Below are positions 29,552 to 40,965 of a DNA stretch of 64,000 nucleotides, piece by piece. Numbering within the stretch: position 1 is the stretch's first letter; each line of letters opens with the position of its first letter. The stretch covers positions 50 to 64,049 of the forward strand of contig JAHEYQ010000019.1 of assembly GCA_023251515.1 (NCBI GenBank), given 5' to 3'. Under the pieces are notes generated by a model, which had not been told where the DNA came from, did no database searches, and saw only the letters and a list, made by a program, of their open reading frames with translations. Source of the stretch: Bacteroidales bacterium (GTDB lineage: Bacteria; Bacteroidota; Bacteroidia; Bacteroidales; JACABE01). The translations under genes were made by a program, and so were the position numbers.

Positions 29552-32131
29552 TTATCGTAAAATTGTAACACTTCCGTGTATTTGTCGTGATACTTCACCC
29601 TGAAGTCGGATTTCATAAACATCACAAACATAAAAATATACTCCATCGCTACATTCAGCGCCATCATTATTAATTTTCGCATTCCATTTAATATCAGGAT
29701 TTTGAGTTTCAAACACAATTCTTCCCCAACGGTTATAAATTTTCAAATTAATTTTTGAAACAAATTTATAGGGAAAAGGAATAAATAAATCATTTATACC
29801 ATCTCCATTAGGAGTAAATATATTGGGCAACAAATACTTAGAACAACTATCAATATCAATGCAAACTTTATTGCTATACATCCCAGTATTCAGATTTGAA
29901 TCAATAGCATTGATAGCATAACATCCTGCAATTGAATTTATTCCATTATGAATATAAGAGAGTTGAATCGGATTCTCAATAACTTTCAACAATGAAAAAT
30001 CTCCATTAAATGTTGGCGAATACCATAAATTATATTTTAAAATATCATATGCACAACTATCTGTATTGACCCACTCAACTGTATTTGTAACAGTTTGACA
30101 ATCCGGAATTACACTTAAAAAAGGAGGACATGGTGCTTCCAAATCGATTGGAACACCACACAATTCCTGTGAAAAATTAATTATTGGCGAAATAATATTT
30201 GTAATACTGTAATTACCAATGCTTTTAATTTTATAACAATATGAATTGCCATTTATCAAATTCTTGTCAACAAATTGATTTCCAGTTGAAAATCCAATTG
30301 AATCAAAAACCGGAGTTGCAGGATTTTTACGATAAATTACATAATATTGATTTTGCCATGGGACATTAAAAACCCAGTTTAACTTCATTTTTCGGTCGGC
30401 AGGAGTTAGATTAAGGTAAACAGATGACGCCAAATGAGTTGACCCAACTTTATATCGATTATTTATGGAATCATTATAAAAATCAATTCGGTAATTATAC
30501 GGATTAGAAACTGTATTAATCAGAGTATCTGTATAAATAGTATCATTTAAAGAACTTAATGAGTCAATCATAATAAAATTATTACCATTTAAATCAGGTG
30601 ATCTGTAAATTAAATACTTGTAAGGCCCTAATATCTGACTTAATTCAGTAGGTTTCGACCATGCAACATACATACTTCCATTTGTAGAAGAAGTAGAATT
30701 AACACTAATATTTGTAATTATCGGTACATCACGTTTCAATTGTGCACAAGCATTAAGAGAAGCATAACTTTCAGCTCCATCACTATAATATGCTATTACA
30801 ACGTAGGAATAGTCAATACCGTGCAACAAACCATTTCCATTGTTATTATCAACAAAACTTGTATCGTTAATATCAGGCAAAATTGCAATTAATGAATAAC
30901 CCGACAATGGAGAAACGCCTGTTTCGCAATAACCATGAACATAAGAATCACATCCGTTTTTACGATATAATTTATACCCAAAGGCATTTGAACATTTGCT
31001 TTTATTCCAGTTTAAAACAATAGCATTTCCATTTGCCTGAGCTGAAAGATTCTTAGGTGCGGGTCCTATCACTTTAATAGACATATTTTTAAAAGATGTC
31101 AGTTTTACAGGATTTCCATTATCCTGTGCTTTAAACGAAACCTGATATGCTGATTTTCTGACATGTGCACAATTTGTTTTCCAATAAAACAGAGAAGATA
31201 CCTCAGGGCTCCCACTTGTAGTACTAAAAATAGCAGGAGAATTCGACAAAATCAAAGGACCACCTGTTGCAGAAATAGTTACCCAATTTGCATCCGGATC
31301 AACTGCATGAACATCGAACTTAAGCGTATCACCGGCTTCAACACAAGTATCTGGAAGTGGGTCAATTACTGGCGGATGATTGTTACAACTTGCAATTATA
31401 ACCTGCATATCTCTTGTAATATAGCCTATCCTGACTCCATTTCTCCATTCTTCAATCAAAATTGCAATATTGTATTCACCTTGAATAAACGGACTATCCC
31501 AAATTAAATCACCTGAAACGGGATTAATTGATATAGAATTACTTGACTGAGGAAAACTATAACCAGCAATATCCAAACCCTGCGCCCCTCTACACTTCAC
31601 AAGCTTATATGAAATACTATCACCATCAGGATCATAAGCTCCCGGATTATGATAATACGGAACTCCAACACATCCCATGTCAAGCGGAGGATTCAACAAT
31701 TCAGGTGAATTATTTTTAGGATTCACAAACGGACTGATTACCAACATCGTTTCAACAAAAATTGGCACATTCACAGAATTAGGTATATTAATAACACCAT
31801 AATTTCTGTTCGGATCTTCCATTGATATTTTGAAAGTTCCGTCTCCAGGAAATGTATGATTAGTAATATACTCATTTTTAGACACATTTCCAAGTAAATT
31901 TATTTTTGATGTTCGTTGCACCATTGAAGATGTTCCGTCACCCCAAAATAATTCTAACTGAGGTCTGTCGGCAGGACTAGGAGTATAAGTATAAGTAACA
32001 AGCTTAATTTCATATTGCAATGAGTTATTTGAAATCCGTTTATAAGTTATTTCTGCTGCTCGTTCGTGAGTAGCATAAACAACGGATATACTGAATATAA
32101 CAATATTTAATATGAGTAAAATTTTTTTCAC
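29552..32131 (-). CDS. T9SS type B (gliding motility-associated C-terminal domain) protein with FN3-like repeats
   Basis: ATHERAAEITY N-terminus, DPDGDSISY, C-terminal PNIFTPNGDGIND...IYNRWG...DGVYFY. Confidence 0.88.
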   Translation of the reverse strand: MKKILLILNIVIFSISVVYATHERAAEITYKRISNNSLQYEIKLVTYTYTPSPADRPQLELFWGDGTSSMVQRTSKINLLGNVSKNEYITNHTFPGDGTFKISMEDPNRNYGVINIPNSVNVPIFVETMLVISPFVNPKNNSPELLNPPLDMGCVGVPYYHNPGAYDPDGDSISYKLVKCRGAQGLDIAGYSFPQSSNSISINPVSGDLIWDSPFIQGEYNIAILIEEWRNGVRIGYITRDMQVIIASCNNHPPVIDPLPDTCVEAGDTLKFDVHAVDPDANWVTISATGGPLILSNSPAIFSTTSGSPEVSSLFYWKTNCAHVRKSAYQVSFKAQDNGNPVKLTSFKNMSIKVIGPAPKNLSAQANGNAIVLNWNKSKCSNAFGYKLYRKNGCDSYVHGYCETGVSPLSGYSLIAILPDINDTSFVDNNNGNGLLHGIDYSYVVIAYYSDGAESYASLNACAQLKRDVPIITNISVNSTSSTNGSMYVAWSKPTELSQILGPYKYLIYRSPDLNGNNFIMIDSLSSLNDTIYTDTLINTVSNPYNYRIDFYNDSINNRYKVGSTHLASSVYLNLTPADRKMKLNWVFNVPWQNQYYVIYRKNPATPVFDSIGFSTGNQFVDKNLINGNSYCYKIKSIGNYSITNIISPIINFSQELCGVPIDLEAPCPPFLSVIPDCQTVTNTVEWVNTDSCAYDILKYNLWYSPTFNGDFSLLKVIENPIQLSYIHNGINSIAGCYAINAIDSNLNTGMYSNKVCIDIDSCSKYLLPNIFTPNGDGINDLFIPFPYKFVSKINLKIYNRWGRIVFETQNPDIKWNAKINNDGAECSDGVYFYVCDVYEIRLQGEVSRQIHGSVTILR

Positions 32132-32206
32132 TTACAAATATTTTGCTTTAATAACTTACAGATTACAAAATTATTATTTCCTGACTAATTATTTATCTTT
32201 TTTTTA

Positions 32207-33292
32207 TTAAATAAACTCAAATTTCTGATTTCTCTGTACAGGTTCAAAACCAGCTTCTTGAATTGCTTTTTGAATTCCAATTGCATCAAACTTATAATCA
32301 GCACCTGCCACTGAAACAACATTCTCTTCAATCATTATCGATCCAAAATCATTTGCACCTGAATGCAAACAAAGCTGAGCTGTTGGTTTTCCAACAGTTA
32401 ACCAGGAAGCCTGAATGTTTTTTACATTAGGAAGCATTATTCTGCTTATGGCAATCATTCGAATATATTCATCAGATGTAACTTTATTTTTTATACCATG
32501 ATGTTTTGATAATGTGGTGTCTTTATCTTGAAACGGCCATGGAATAAAAGATAAAAATCCATAATTATCTTTTGCTTTCTCTGATTGTACATCACGGATA
32601 AAAATTAAATGCTGAAGCCTTTCTTCTATACTTTCAATATGACCAAACATCATAGTAGCAGAAGTAACCATATTTAATTTATGAGCTTCTCTCATAACAT
32701 CGAGCCAATCAGCAACATTACACTTATTTTTAGAAATAGAAGATCTTACTCTATCTGATAATATTTCAGCACCAGCACCAGGCAAACTATCTAAACCCGA
32801 ATCAATTAATTCTTTTAATGTTGTTTTAAAATCAATGCCTTCCATTTTTGAAATATGAACTATTTCGGGCGGACCCAAAGCATGTAACTTCAAATTAGGA
32901 TAAAAGCTTTTTAATAAACTGAATAAATCTTTATAAAAAGATAAACCTAATTTAGGATGCATACCACCCTGCAAAAGCAATTGATTTCCACCCAAAGAAA
33001 TCATTTCATCAATTTTAGATTTATATTCATCAATACTTGTTATATAAGCCTTTGAAGATTTCTCAGCACAATAAAAATTACAAAACTTACAACCTGATAC
33101 ACAGACGTTTGTATAATTTACATTGCGATCGATTATCCATCCGACTTGTTTATCCGGATGAAGTTGAAAACGCAGATTATTAGCAATCGCCATTAAATCA
33201 GACAAATTCAAGTTATTATAAATTTGCAATCCTTCTTCCATGTTTAGGAATTCAAATCGCAAAATTTTTTCAATTATTTGATTTATAGTCAT
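32207..33292 (-). CDS. mqnC: Cyclic dehypoxanthinyl futalosine synthase (CofH/MqnC radical SAM)
   Basis: IDRNVNYTNVCVSGCKFC, LLQGGMHP, PGAGAEIL, ATMMFGH, QASW, GANDFGSIMIEENVV. Confidence 0.88.
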   Translation of the reverse strand: MTINQIIEKILRFEFLNMEEGLQIYNNLNLSDLMAIANNLRFQLHPDKQVGWIIDRNVNYTNVCVSGCKFCNFYCAEKSSKAYITSIDEYKSKIDEMISLGGNQLLLQGGMHPKLGLSFYKDLFSLLKSFYPNLKLHALGPPEIVHISKMEGIDFKTTLKELIDSGLDSLPGAGAEILSDRVRSSISKNKCNVADWLDVMREAHKLNMVTSATMMFGHIESIEERLQHLIFIRDVQSEKAKDNYGFLSFIPWPFQDKDTTLSKHHGIKNKVTSDEYIRMIAISRIMLPNVKNIQASWLTVGKPTAQLCLHSGANDFGSIMIEENVVSVAGADYKFDAIGIQKAIQEAGFEPVQRNQKFEFI

Positions 33293-33384
33293 TTTACTTG
33301 TTAAAATTTTCAATAAAAAACAAATGTTGATATCGAAAAATTGATTAAATTTGTAATCTTTTTTTATTCAAAAATAATTATAAA

Positions 33385-34815
33385 ATGCATACTATATCAC
33401 AAAAATCAGATAAAATTTCAGATTCATTTGTAGAAGTTTTCTTAATAAATGATACAAAGCAACTTAAAAAAACAATATTTTCAAATGATGAAATAAATTT
33501 TATCAAAACCCAAAAAGAAATTTCAGAAAAGGAAACAATTGTTATTAACAAACTAACTCAAATCAGAATTGTTCATTTTTACAATAAAGATATTGAATTA
33601 CATATACTAAAAGAAAAATGCCGAATTGCAGGTGATAAAATTTGCAATATTACCAATGAGTTTTTATTTGAAAAAGTAATCATAAATGATTTATCTGATA
33701 ACGAAATTGCTACATATGCATTAACAGAAGGTATATCTTTAAGTAATTATCAATTTCAAAAATACAAAACCAAACAAAAGCACAACACTTTAAATGAAAT
33801 TATTATTGAAAAACAAGCAATTACAAACGAAAATTCAGAAGAGATTTTAACAATTACTGATGCCGTTTTCAAATGCAAAGATTTAATAAACGAACCCCTC
33901 ACCTATCTTAATGCTGTAAAATTTGCAGAAATTATGATTGAAATGGGTAAAGATGCGGGTTTTAAAGTTGAAGTTTTTGATAAAAAGAAAATTGAATCAT
34001 TGAAAATGGGTGGACTACTTGCAGTTAACAGAGGTAGCATCGATCCGCCTACATTTTCAATTTTAGAATATAAACCTGAAAATGCAAAAAATAAAAAACC
34101 TTATGTTTTTGTAGGAAAAGGAGTTGTATATGACACAGGTGGAGTTAACATAAAACCTGGTGATTATATGCTTGATATGAAATGCGATATGGGGGGTGCA
34201 GCAGCAGTTGCTTCTGGTATTTATGCTATTGCTAAATCTAAATTACCTATTCATGTTATCGGTTTAATTCCTGCAACTGACAACAGACCTGATGGCAATG
34301 CATATGTCCCTGGTGATGTAATCACCATGTTTACAGGCAAAACAGTTGAAGTAATGAATACCGATGCTGAAGGCAGATTAATCTTAGCAGATGCCTTAGG
34401 TTTTGCTTCAAAATATAAACCTGAATTGGTAATAAACATTGCTACTTTAACCGGTGCAGCAAGCAGAGCTATAGGACCTTATGGAATTGTTGCAATGCAA
34501 GACAAAGCAGAAAAGGAATTTGAATTATTGAAACAAAGTGGAAATAATGTTTATGAAAGACTTGCAGAATTTCCTTTCTGGGATGAATATGGCGAACTTA
34601 TTAAATCTGATGTAGCTGATATAAAAAATCTTGGTGGGCCAGAAGCAGGAATGATAACCGCAGGCAAATTTTTACATGAATTTACTGATTATCCTTTTAT
34701 TCATTTAGATATTGCCGGACCTGTATTTCTCAATAAAAAAGACAGTTATAGAGGAAAAGCAGCTACAGGTTCGGGAGTTCGTTTATTTTTCGATTTTATA
34801 AAAAATAAAATATAA
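33385..34815 (+). CDS. pepA: Leucyl aminopeptidase (M17)
   Basis: VGKGVVYDTGG, MKCDMGGAA, NTDAEGRLILAD, HLDIAG. Confidence 0.95.
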   Translation: MHTISQKSDKISDSFVEVFLINDTKQLKKTIFSNDEINFIKTQKEISEKETIVINKLTQIRIVHFYNKDIELHILKEKCRIAGDKICNITNEFLFEKVIINDLSDNEIATYALTEGISLSNYQFQKYKTKQKHNTLNEIIIEKQAITNENSEEILTITDAVFKCKDLINEPLTYLNAVKFAEIMIEMGKDAGFKVEVFDKKKIESLKMGGLLAVNRGSIDPPTFSILEYKPENAKNKKPYVFVGKGVVYDTGGVNIKPGDYMLDMKCDMGGAAAVASGIYAIAKSKLPIHVIGLIPATDNRPDGNAYVPGDVITMFTGKTVEVMNTDAEGRLILADALGFASKYKPELVINIATLTGAASRAIGPYGIVAMQDKAEKEFELLKQSGNNVYERLAEFPFWDEYGELIKSDVADIKNLGGPEAGMITAGKFLHEFTDYPFIHLDIAGPVFLNKKDSYRGKAATGSGVRLFFDFIKNKI

Positions 34816-34846
34816 TCCATTATTATACACCATTAAAAAAAATAAA

Positions 34847-35920
34847 ATGATTAAAAATACAGACAAAGATCACAGAATCAAATTAGGTATCACTCATGGT
34901 GATATTAATGGAATCAGCTATGAAATTATAATCAAAGCATTGCACGATCAAAGAATTTTAGAACTATGTACTCCAATCGTTTACGGTTCTTCTAAAGTTG
35001 CTTCTTATCATCGCAAACAAATAAATATGAATGATTTTAATCTCAACCTGATTAAATCGGCTGATTTAGCCATTGCTAAACGTGCTAACATTATCAATAT
35101 CAATAATGATGAGATTAAAATTGACCTTGGAAAATCGTCTGAAACAGCTGGAATTCTAGCTGAAAAAGCATTAGAAGCAGCAATTGAAGATTTAAAGAAA
35201 AATCAGATTGATGTTTTGGTAACTGCTCCTATAAATAAAAAAAATATTCAGTCTAAAAACTTCAATTTTCCCGGACATACTGAATATCTTGCAAAAAAAT
35301 TCAATGTGAAAGATGATTTAATGCTAATGATTTGTAATTCAATAAGAATTGGAGTAGCAACTTCACATATGGCAGTGAAAGACATTTCCGAAAATTTAAG
35401 TATCGATTTAATTTTAAGCAAATTAAGAATAATGAATCAATCTCTGATTCAAGATTTTGCCATAACTAAGCCACGCATTGCAGTTTTAGCATTAAATCCC
35501 CATGCTGGTGATGAAGGTTTGCTTGGGAAAGAAGAACAAACAACTATAATTCCTGCAATTGAAAAAGCGATGAATGAAGGCATTCTGGCATTCGGTCCCT
35601 ATCCTGCTGATGGTTTTTTTGGATCAGACAATATGAAAAATTTTGATGGAATTCTGGCAATGTATCATGATCAGGGAATGATTCCGTTTAAAATAATGTC
35701 TTTCAAAGAAGGCGTTAATTATACCGCTGGACTTCCTATAATAAGAACTTCACCTGCCCATGGAACTGCATACGAAATTGCAGGTAAAGATATGGCATCC
35801 CCATCTTCTTTATTACAAGCAATTTATCTGGCCTGTGATATTTACAGAAACAGACAAATGCACGAAGAACTAACCAAAAATCCACTTAGATTCAGCAATA
35901 TAACTGAAAAAGATAATTAA
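34847..35920 (+). CDS. pdxA: 4-hydroxythreonine-4-phosphate dehydrogenase
   Basis: GDINGISYE, TAPINK, GHTEYL, LNPHAGD, MYHDQG, RTSPAHGTA. Confidence 0.96.
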   Translation: MIKNTDKDHRIKLGITHGDINGISYEIIIKALHDQRILELCTPIVYGSSKVASYHRKQINMNDFNLNLIKSADLAIAKRANIININNDEIKIDLGKSSETAGILAEKALEAAIEDLKKNQIDVLVTAPINKKNIQSKNFNFPGHTEYLAKKFNVKDDLMLMICNSIRIGVATSHMAVKDISENLSIDLILSKLRIMNQSLIQDFAITKPRIAVLALNPHAGDEGLLGKEEQTTIIPAIEKAMNEGILAFGPYPADGFFGSDNMKNFDGILAMYHDQGMIPFKIMSFKEGVNYTAGLPIIRTSPAHGTAYEIAGKDMASPSSLLQAIYLACDIYRNRQMHEELTKNPLRFSNITEKDN

Positions 35921-35924
35921 TATC

Positions 35925-38417
35925 ATGCAAAATACTGAAGTTGAATTTACATTTTCTGAAATTTCTGAAATAATCAAAGGTCAATGTATCAACTGTAATA
36001 ATCAAATTATTACAAAAATATTAACTGATAGCCGTAAAGTTGTTTCATTTGAAAACAGTTTATTTTTTGCTTTGGTAAGCAAAAGAAATGATGGTCATAA
36101 ATACATTGCCGATTTATATCAAAAGGGATACAAAAACTTTGTAATTTCCTCGTATCCTGACGATTTCAATCATTACCCTGATGCAAGTTTTATCTTTGTT
36201 AAAGATACACTCAAGGCTTTACAACTTCTTTCGTCTTATAAAAGAAAAAAATTTAATTTTCCGGTTATCGGCATAACAGGAAGTAATGGCAAAACTATTG
36301 TAAAAGAATGGCTTAGCCAATTGCTTTCTGAAGATTTTAATTTGGTTAAAAACCCAAAAAGCTATAATTCTCAAATTGGGGTTCCTCTGAGTGTATGGCA
36401 AATAAACAATGAAAATAATTTTGGAATTTTTGAAGCAGGTATTTCCGAACCTGATGAAATGTCTAATTTACAATTAATAATACAACCAAGTATAGGCATT
36501 TTTACCAATATCGGACACGCTCATGATGAAAATTTCATTCATACTGCACAGAAAATCAGTGAAAAACTTAAACTTTTTACCAAAGTTGACACACTTATTT
36601 ATTGTACAGATTATCTTGAAATTAAAGAAAGAATTTTACAATCTGAAGTTTTTAAAACAATTCCTGTTTTTACATGGAGTAAAAAATCCAAAGCTGATTT
36701 AAGTATAATTTCCATTGAAAAAAATCACAGAAAAACCTATATTTCAGCTGTTTACAAAGACAGTAATATGGATATAGAAATTCCATTTACAGATGATGCA
36801 TCAATAGAGAATGCAATTCATTGCTGGGCTTGCCTGTTGCATTTGGGTTATAATCAAAATATTATATCTGATAGGATGAAACTCTTACATCCAATTGCTA
36901 TGCGGTTGGAATTGAAAGAAGGCATCAACAACTGCTCAATCATTAACGACAGCTATAGCTCTGATTTTAATTCACTTAGTATTGCTATCGATTTTTTAAA
37001 TCAGCAAAAGCAACACAAAAAGAAAACCATAATTCTTTCAGACATATTGCAAAGCGGACGCGATGAAAATGAATTGTATTCAGAAATTGCTGATTTACTA
37101 TCTAAAAAAGAGATAAGTAGAATTATAGGAATTGGCAATGCAATTAAAAAACAGCAAGATAAATTTAAATTTGAAAAAGTTTTTTACGAAACTACCGATG
37201 AATTTTTAAGAGAATTTGCTTTTTCAAGTCTCAACAGAGAAAGCATTTTGCTTAAAGGTGCCCGTATTTTTGAATTTGAAAAAATCAGCCAGATATTACA
37301 ACAAAAAGCCCACGAAACTGTGCTTGAAATCAATCTTAATGCACTGATTCACAATCTAAATTATTATCGATCAAAAATAAAACCAGAAACCAGATTGATG
37401 GCAATGGTTAAAGCCTTTTCGTATGGAAGCGGAAGTTATGAAATTGCCAGTGTTCTTCAATTTCATCATGTTGATTATCTGACAGTAGCATATGCAGATG
37501 AAGGTGTAGAATTGAGAAAAGCAGGAATCAATTTACCTATCATGGTAATGAATCCTGACGAACAGAGTTTCGATTCGATACTAAAAAACAATCTGGAACC
37601 TGAAATATATAGTATGCGGATTTACAAATTGCTTGAAGAAGCTATTAATCAACATATTATTAATGAAGCCCAAACGGTTAAAATTCATATTAAACTTGAC
37701 ACAGGAATGCATCGACTTGGTTTTGAAAAAGAAGACTTAGCTGAATTGATTCATAAAATTAAAAAAAATCAAAATATTGTTGTTGAATCTTGCTTTTCAC
37801 ACTTAGCCGGAGCTGAAAACAACGAACTAAATGATTTTACTCAGAAACAAGTTCATCTCTTTAATGAAATGAGCAATTTTATAAGTGAAAAATTGGATTA
37901 TCCTATTCTGAAACACATTCTAAACTCTGCCGGCATTTTGCGCTATCCTGAAGCTCAATTCGATATGGTTCGTTTAGGAATTGGTTTGTATGGAATTGCA
38001 TCAATTGGCTATGAACAAAAAGACTTGGAAAATGTAGGAACTTTAAGAACCATCATTTCTCAAATTAAGAATATTCCAGAAAATGAATCTGTTGGGTATA
38101 GCAGAAAATGGATTGCATCAAAAGACTCAAAAATAGCAATTATTCCAATTGGATATGCTGATGGCTTAAACAGAAAATTGGGCAATGGAGTTGGGAAAGT
38201 GTTAATAAACAAACAATTTGCTCCGATTATTGGTAATATCTGTATGGATATGTGCATGGTAGATATCACTGAAATAGAAGCAAAAGAAAATGATGAAGTT
38301 ATTATATTTAGTGATAAATATACTGTAACAGAAATTGCTAAAGAATTGGATACGATTCCATATGAAATTCTTACAAGCATTTCAAGAAGAGTTAAACGGG
38401 TTTACTATCAGGAATAA
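35925..38417 (+). CDS. alr: Bifunctional MurF-like ligase / alanine racemase
   Basis: GITGSNGKT, SYNSQIGVP, NDSY; C-half MVKAFSYGSG (PLP Lys), KLDTGMHRLG, IGYADG, CMDM, TIPYEIL. Confidence 0.93.
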   Translation: MQNTEVEFTFSEISEIIKGQCINCNNQIITKILTDSRKVVSFENSLFFALVSKRNDGHKYIADLYQKGYKNFVISSYPDDFNHYPDASFIFVKDTLKALQLLSSYKRKKFNFPVIGITGSNGKTIVKEWLSQLLSEDFNLVKNPKSYNSQIGVPLSVWQINNENNFGIFEAGISEPDEMSNLQLIIQPSIGIFTNIGHAHDENFIHTAQKISEKLKLFTKVDTLIYCTDYLEIKERILQSEVFKTIPVFTWSKKSKADLSIISIEKNHRKTYISAVYKDSNMDIEIPFTDDASIENAIHCWACLLHLGYNQNIISDRMKLLHPIAMRLELKEGINNCSIINDSYSSDFNSLSIAIDFLNQQKQHKKKTIILSDILQSGRDENELYSEIADLLSKKEISRIIGIGNAIKKQQDKFKFEKVFYETTDEFLREFAFSSLNRESILLKGARIFEFEKISQILQQKAHETVLEINLNALIHNLNYYRSKIKPETRLMAMVKAFSYGSGSYEIASVLQFHHVDYLTVAYADEGVELRKAGINLPIMVMNPDEQSFDSILKNNLEPEIYSMRIYKLLEEAINQHIINEAQTVKIHIKLDTGMHRLGFEKEDLAELIHKIKKNQNIVVESCFSHLAGAENNELNDFTQKQVHLFNEMSNFISEKLDYPILKHILNSAGILRYPEAQFDMVRLGIGLYGIASIGYEQKDLENVGTLRTIISQIKNIPENESVGYSRKWIASKDSKIAIIPIGYADGLNRKLGNGVGKVLINKQFAPIIGNICMDMCMVDITEIEAKENDEVIIFSDKYTVTEIAKELDTIPYEILTSISRRVKRVYYQE

Positions 38418-38461
38418 ATACGAAAAAAATAATAAAATAAGAATTAAAATTAAGTTACACA

Positions 38462-39193
38462 ATGAAAATCAGCATTTTAATACCAGCATTTAATGAAGCA
38501 AAAACAATTCATTTAATACTGGATAAAGTAATTGAAACTAAGCTTATTAACGAAATTGAAAAAGAAATAATTATCATAAACGATTGCTCAAATGACAACA
38601 CCAAAGAAGTTGTTGAAAAATATATTGATTTGCACAAAAACAGCAATATCAACTTATACAATCAGCTAAAAAACAAAGGAAAAGGTGCTGCGATTCATAA
38701 AGGAATCGAATTAGCAACTGGAGATTACATAATAATCCAAGATGCTGATTTAGAATACGATCCAAATGAATATAATTTACTTTTAAAACCTGTAATTCAA
38801 GGATTTGCAGATGTAGTTTTTGGATCCAGATTTATGGGAGGAAATCCTCATAGAATTTTATTTTTCTGGCATACTATCGGAAATAAATTTCTCACATTTC
38901 TTTCCAATATGATGACAAATCTGAATCTTACAGATATGGAAACCTGCTATAAACTATTCCGTTCAGATTTCATAAAACAAATAAAATTCAAAGAAAATCG
39001 GTTTGGGTTTGAACCGGAAGTAACCACCAAAATTTCAAGGTTTCCTAAAATCAGAATTTATGAAGTAGGTATTTCATATTACGGAAGAACATACGATGAA
39101 GGTAAAAAAATTGGAGCAAAAGACGGATTCAGAGCAATTTGGTGCATTTTAAAATACAATATTTTTGACAAAAGTTATTTAAAAAAGAGTTGA
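38462..39193 (+). CDS. GT2 glycosyltransferase (polyprenol-phosphate sugar synthase-like)
   Basis: [46 protein letters not shown]. Confidence 0.93.
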   Translation: MKISILIPAFNEAKTIHLILDKVIETKLINEIEKEIIIINDCSNDNTKEVVEKYIDLHKNSNINLYNQLKNKGKGAAIHKGIELATGDYIIIQDADLEYDPNEYNLLLKPVIQGFADVVFGSRFMGGNPHRILFFWHTIGNKFLTFLSNMMTNLNLTDMETCYKLFRSDFIKQIKFKENRFGFEPEVTTKISRFPKIRIYEVGISYYGRTYDEGKKIGAKDGFRAIWCILKYNIFDKSYLKKS

Positions 39194-39194
39194 A

Positions 39195-40961
39195 ATGAAA
39201 ATCAAAAACAGATATAGTTTCTTTTCAATTATTTTAATTATTATTTCTGTTATATGGATTAATCTTAACCATAAACTATGGGAAAACCCCAAAAGTGTTG
39301 TCAAATGGGATGTAATTAATTATTATCAATATTTGCCAGCAACATTTTATTATAATGATTTAAGTTTAAAGTTTATTGATAATGACCCTACTCTGTTGGA
39401 ATGGAAATTCTGGCCTCATAAATCACCGATAAATAAATATACCGGTAAAATGAGTATGGGGCTCTCTATTATGTATTTACCTTTTTATTTGATAGCAGAA
39501 TTCCAATCAAAATTAACTAATAAACCAACGGATGGTTTCACACCTGTTTATGCCTTTTGGCTGTTATTCAGCTCTTTATTTTATGTAAGTATTGGGTTTT
39601 TTGTTCTAAGAAAAATTCTGTTAAATTTTTTTGAAGATAAAATTGTAGCATTGACAATACTTTTGTTGTTTTTCGGAACAAATTTATTGTATTATACAAC
39701 TTTAGAGGCTCCAATGTCACATGCATATTCTTTTTCATTATTTGCTCTTTTTGTTTTTTATACAATCAAATGGTATAAAAACAACAGTTATAGATTATCA
39801 ATAATACTTGGATTTTTGATTGGGCTTATTTCATTAATAAGACCCACTAACATAATCATATGTCTTATATTTATATTTTATAATACTTATTCATGGACAA
39901 TATTTTACAACAGAATCCTTTTTTTATTAAAAAACTGGAATAAACTAGTTGTTATTGTGATTTTCTCTTTATTAGTTTGGATTCCACAAATTGTTTATTG
40001 GAAATATACAACAGGAAATTATCTGTATTTTTCTTATCAAAATGAAGGTTTCTTTTTTAATAACCCGCAGATAATTAAAGGATTGTTTGGCTATCGTAAA
40101 GGATGGTTTCTATATACACCTCTGATGTTTTTTGCAGTTTTAAATATTATATTTTTATTTAAAAAAAGCAAAGAGTTTTTTTTACCCATATTAATATTCA
40201 CAATTTTTAATATTTATATTATTTTATCCTGGTGGTGTTGGTGGTATGGTGGTACTTATGGTCAAAGAGTTTTTATTGAATCGTATGCAATTTATGCAAT
40301 TCCATTAGCTGTAGGGATTTTTATGGGTTTGAAAACCAATAAATTCACTAAAATAATTACATATTTTTTAATTGTTTTTTTGATTTCACATCAAATCTTT
40401 CAGACAATTCAATTTAACTATAACTCAATTCATTATGATTCAATGACAAAACGAGCATATTGGGATTCTTTTTTAAGAATAAGACCTTCATCCAATTTTG
40501 CTTTTTTTATTGAGGCACCAGATTATGATAATGCAATTATTGACAATAATAATGATAATAAACCTGAGGTTATTAAGGAAATACCACTTAATATTAAGTC
40601 TTATGATGATAGATATTTGTCTCTTGATAAAGAAAATGGTGTCCTTTTTTTTGATGTTAATTATAAGTCAGATTCTATAAATAAATTTATTTTGCTTATT
40701 TTAAGTAATGGCAAAATTGGGTTAAAAGCATTGAATAACAAATATTTTACCGCAAATTTAGATAAGAACAATGAAGTGATATGTAAATTTGATAGAATGG
40801 CACCGTGGGAAACATTTAGTATTGAGAAAGTTGAAAAGCAATATGTAGCAATTAAAGGAATTAATAATAAATTTTTATCAATCAATCCAATAAATGGACA
40901 GATTTATTCAAATCGAGACAATTTGGATACGAATGCAAAATTTATTTTTTATAAAAAATAA
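39195..40961 (+). CDS. GT-C-like polytopic membrane protein with C-terminal fascin-like beta-trefoil
   Basis: WDVINYYQYLP, MSHAYSF, LIRPTN, KGWFLYTP, WWCWWYGG..GQR; tail IGLKALNNKYF..WETFSI..VAIKGINNKFLS. Confidence 0.7.
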   Translation: MKIKNRYSFFSIILIIISVIWINLNHKLWENPKSVVKWDVINYYQYLPATFYYNDLSLKFIDNDPTLLEWKFWPHKSPINKYTGKMSMGLSIMYLPFYLIAEFQSKLTNKPTDGFTPVYAFWLLFSSLFYVSIGFFVLRKILLNFFEDKIVALTILLLFFGTNLLYYTTLEAPMSHAYSFSLFALFVFYTIKWYKNNSYRLSIILGFLIGLISLIRPTNIIICLIFIFYNTYSWTIFYNRILFLLKNWNKLVVIVIFSLLVWIPQIVYWKYTTGNYLYFSYQNEGFFFNNPQIIKGLFGYRKGWFLYTPLMFFAVLNIIFLFKKSKEFFLPILIFTIFNIYIILSWWCWWYGGTYGQRVFIESYAIYAIPLAVGIFMGLKTNKFTKIITYFLIVFLISHQIFQTIQFNYNSIHYDSMTKRAYWDSFLRIRPSSNFAFFIEAPDYDNAIIDNNNDNKPEVIKEIPLNIKSYDDRYLSLDKENGVLFFDVNYKSDSINKFILLILSNGKIGLKALNNKYFTANLDKNNEVICKFDRMAPWETFSIEKVEKQYVAIKGINNKFLSINPINGQIYSNRDNLDTNAKFIFYKK

Positions 40962-40965
40962 ATCA

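Noticed and set aside
35925-38417. MurF-alanine racemase fusion as a novelty
   Set aside because: This fusion is well known in Bacteroidota
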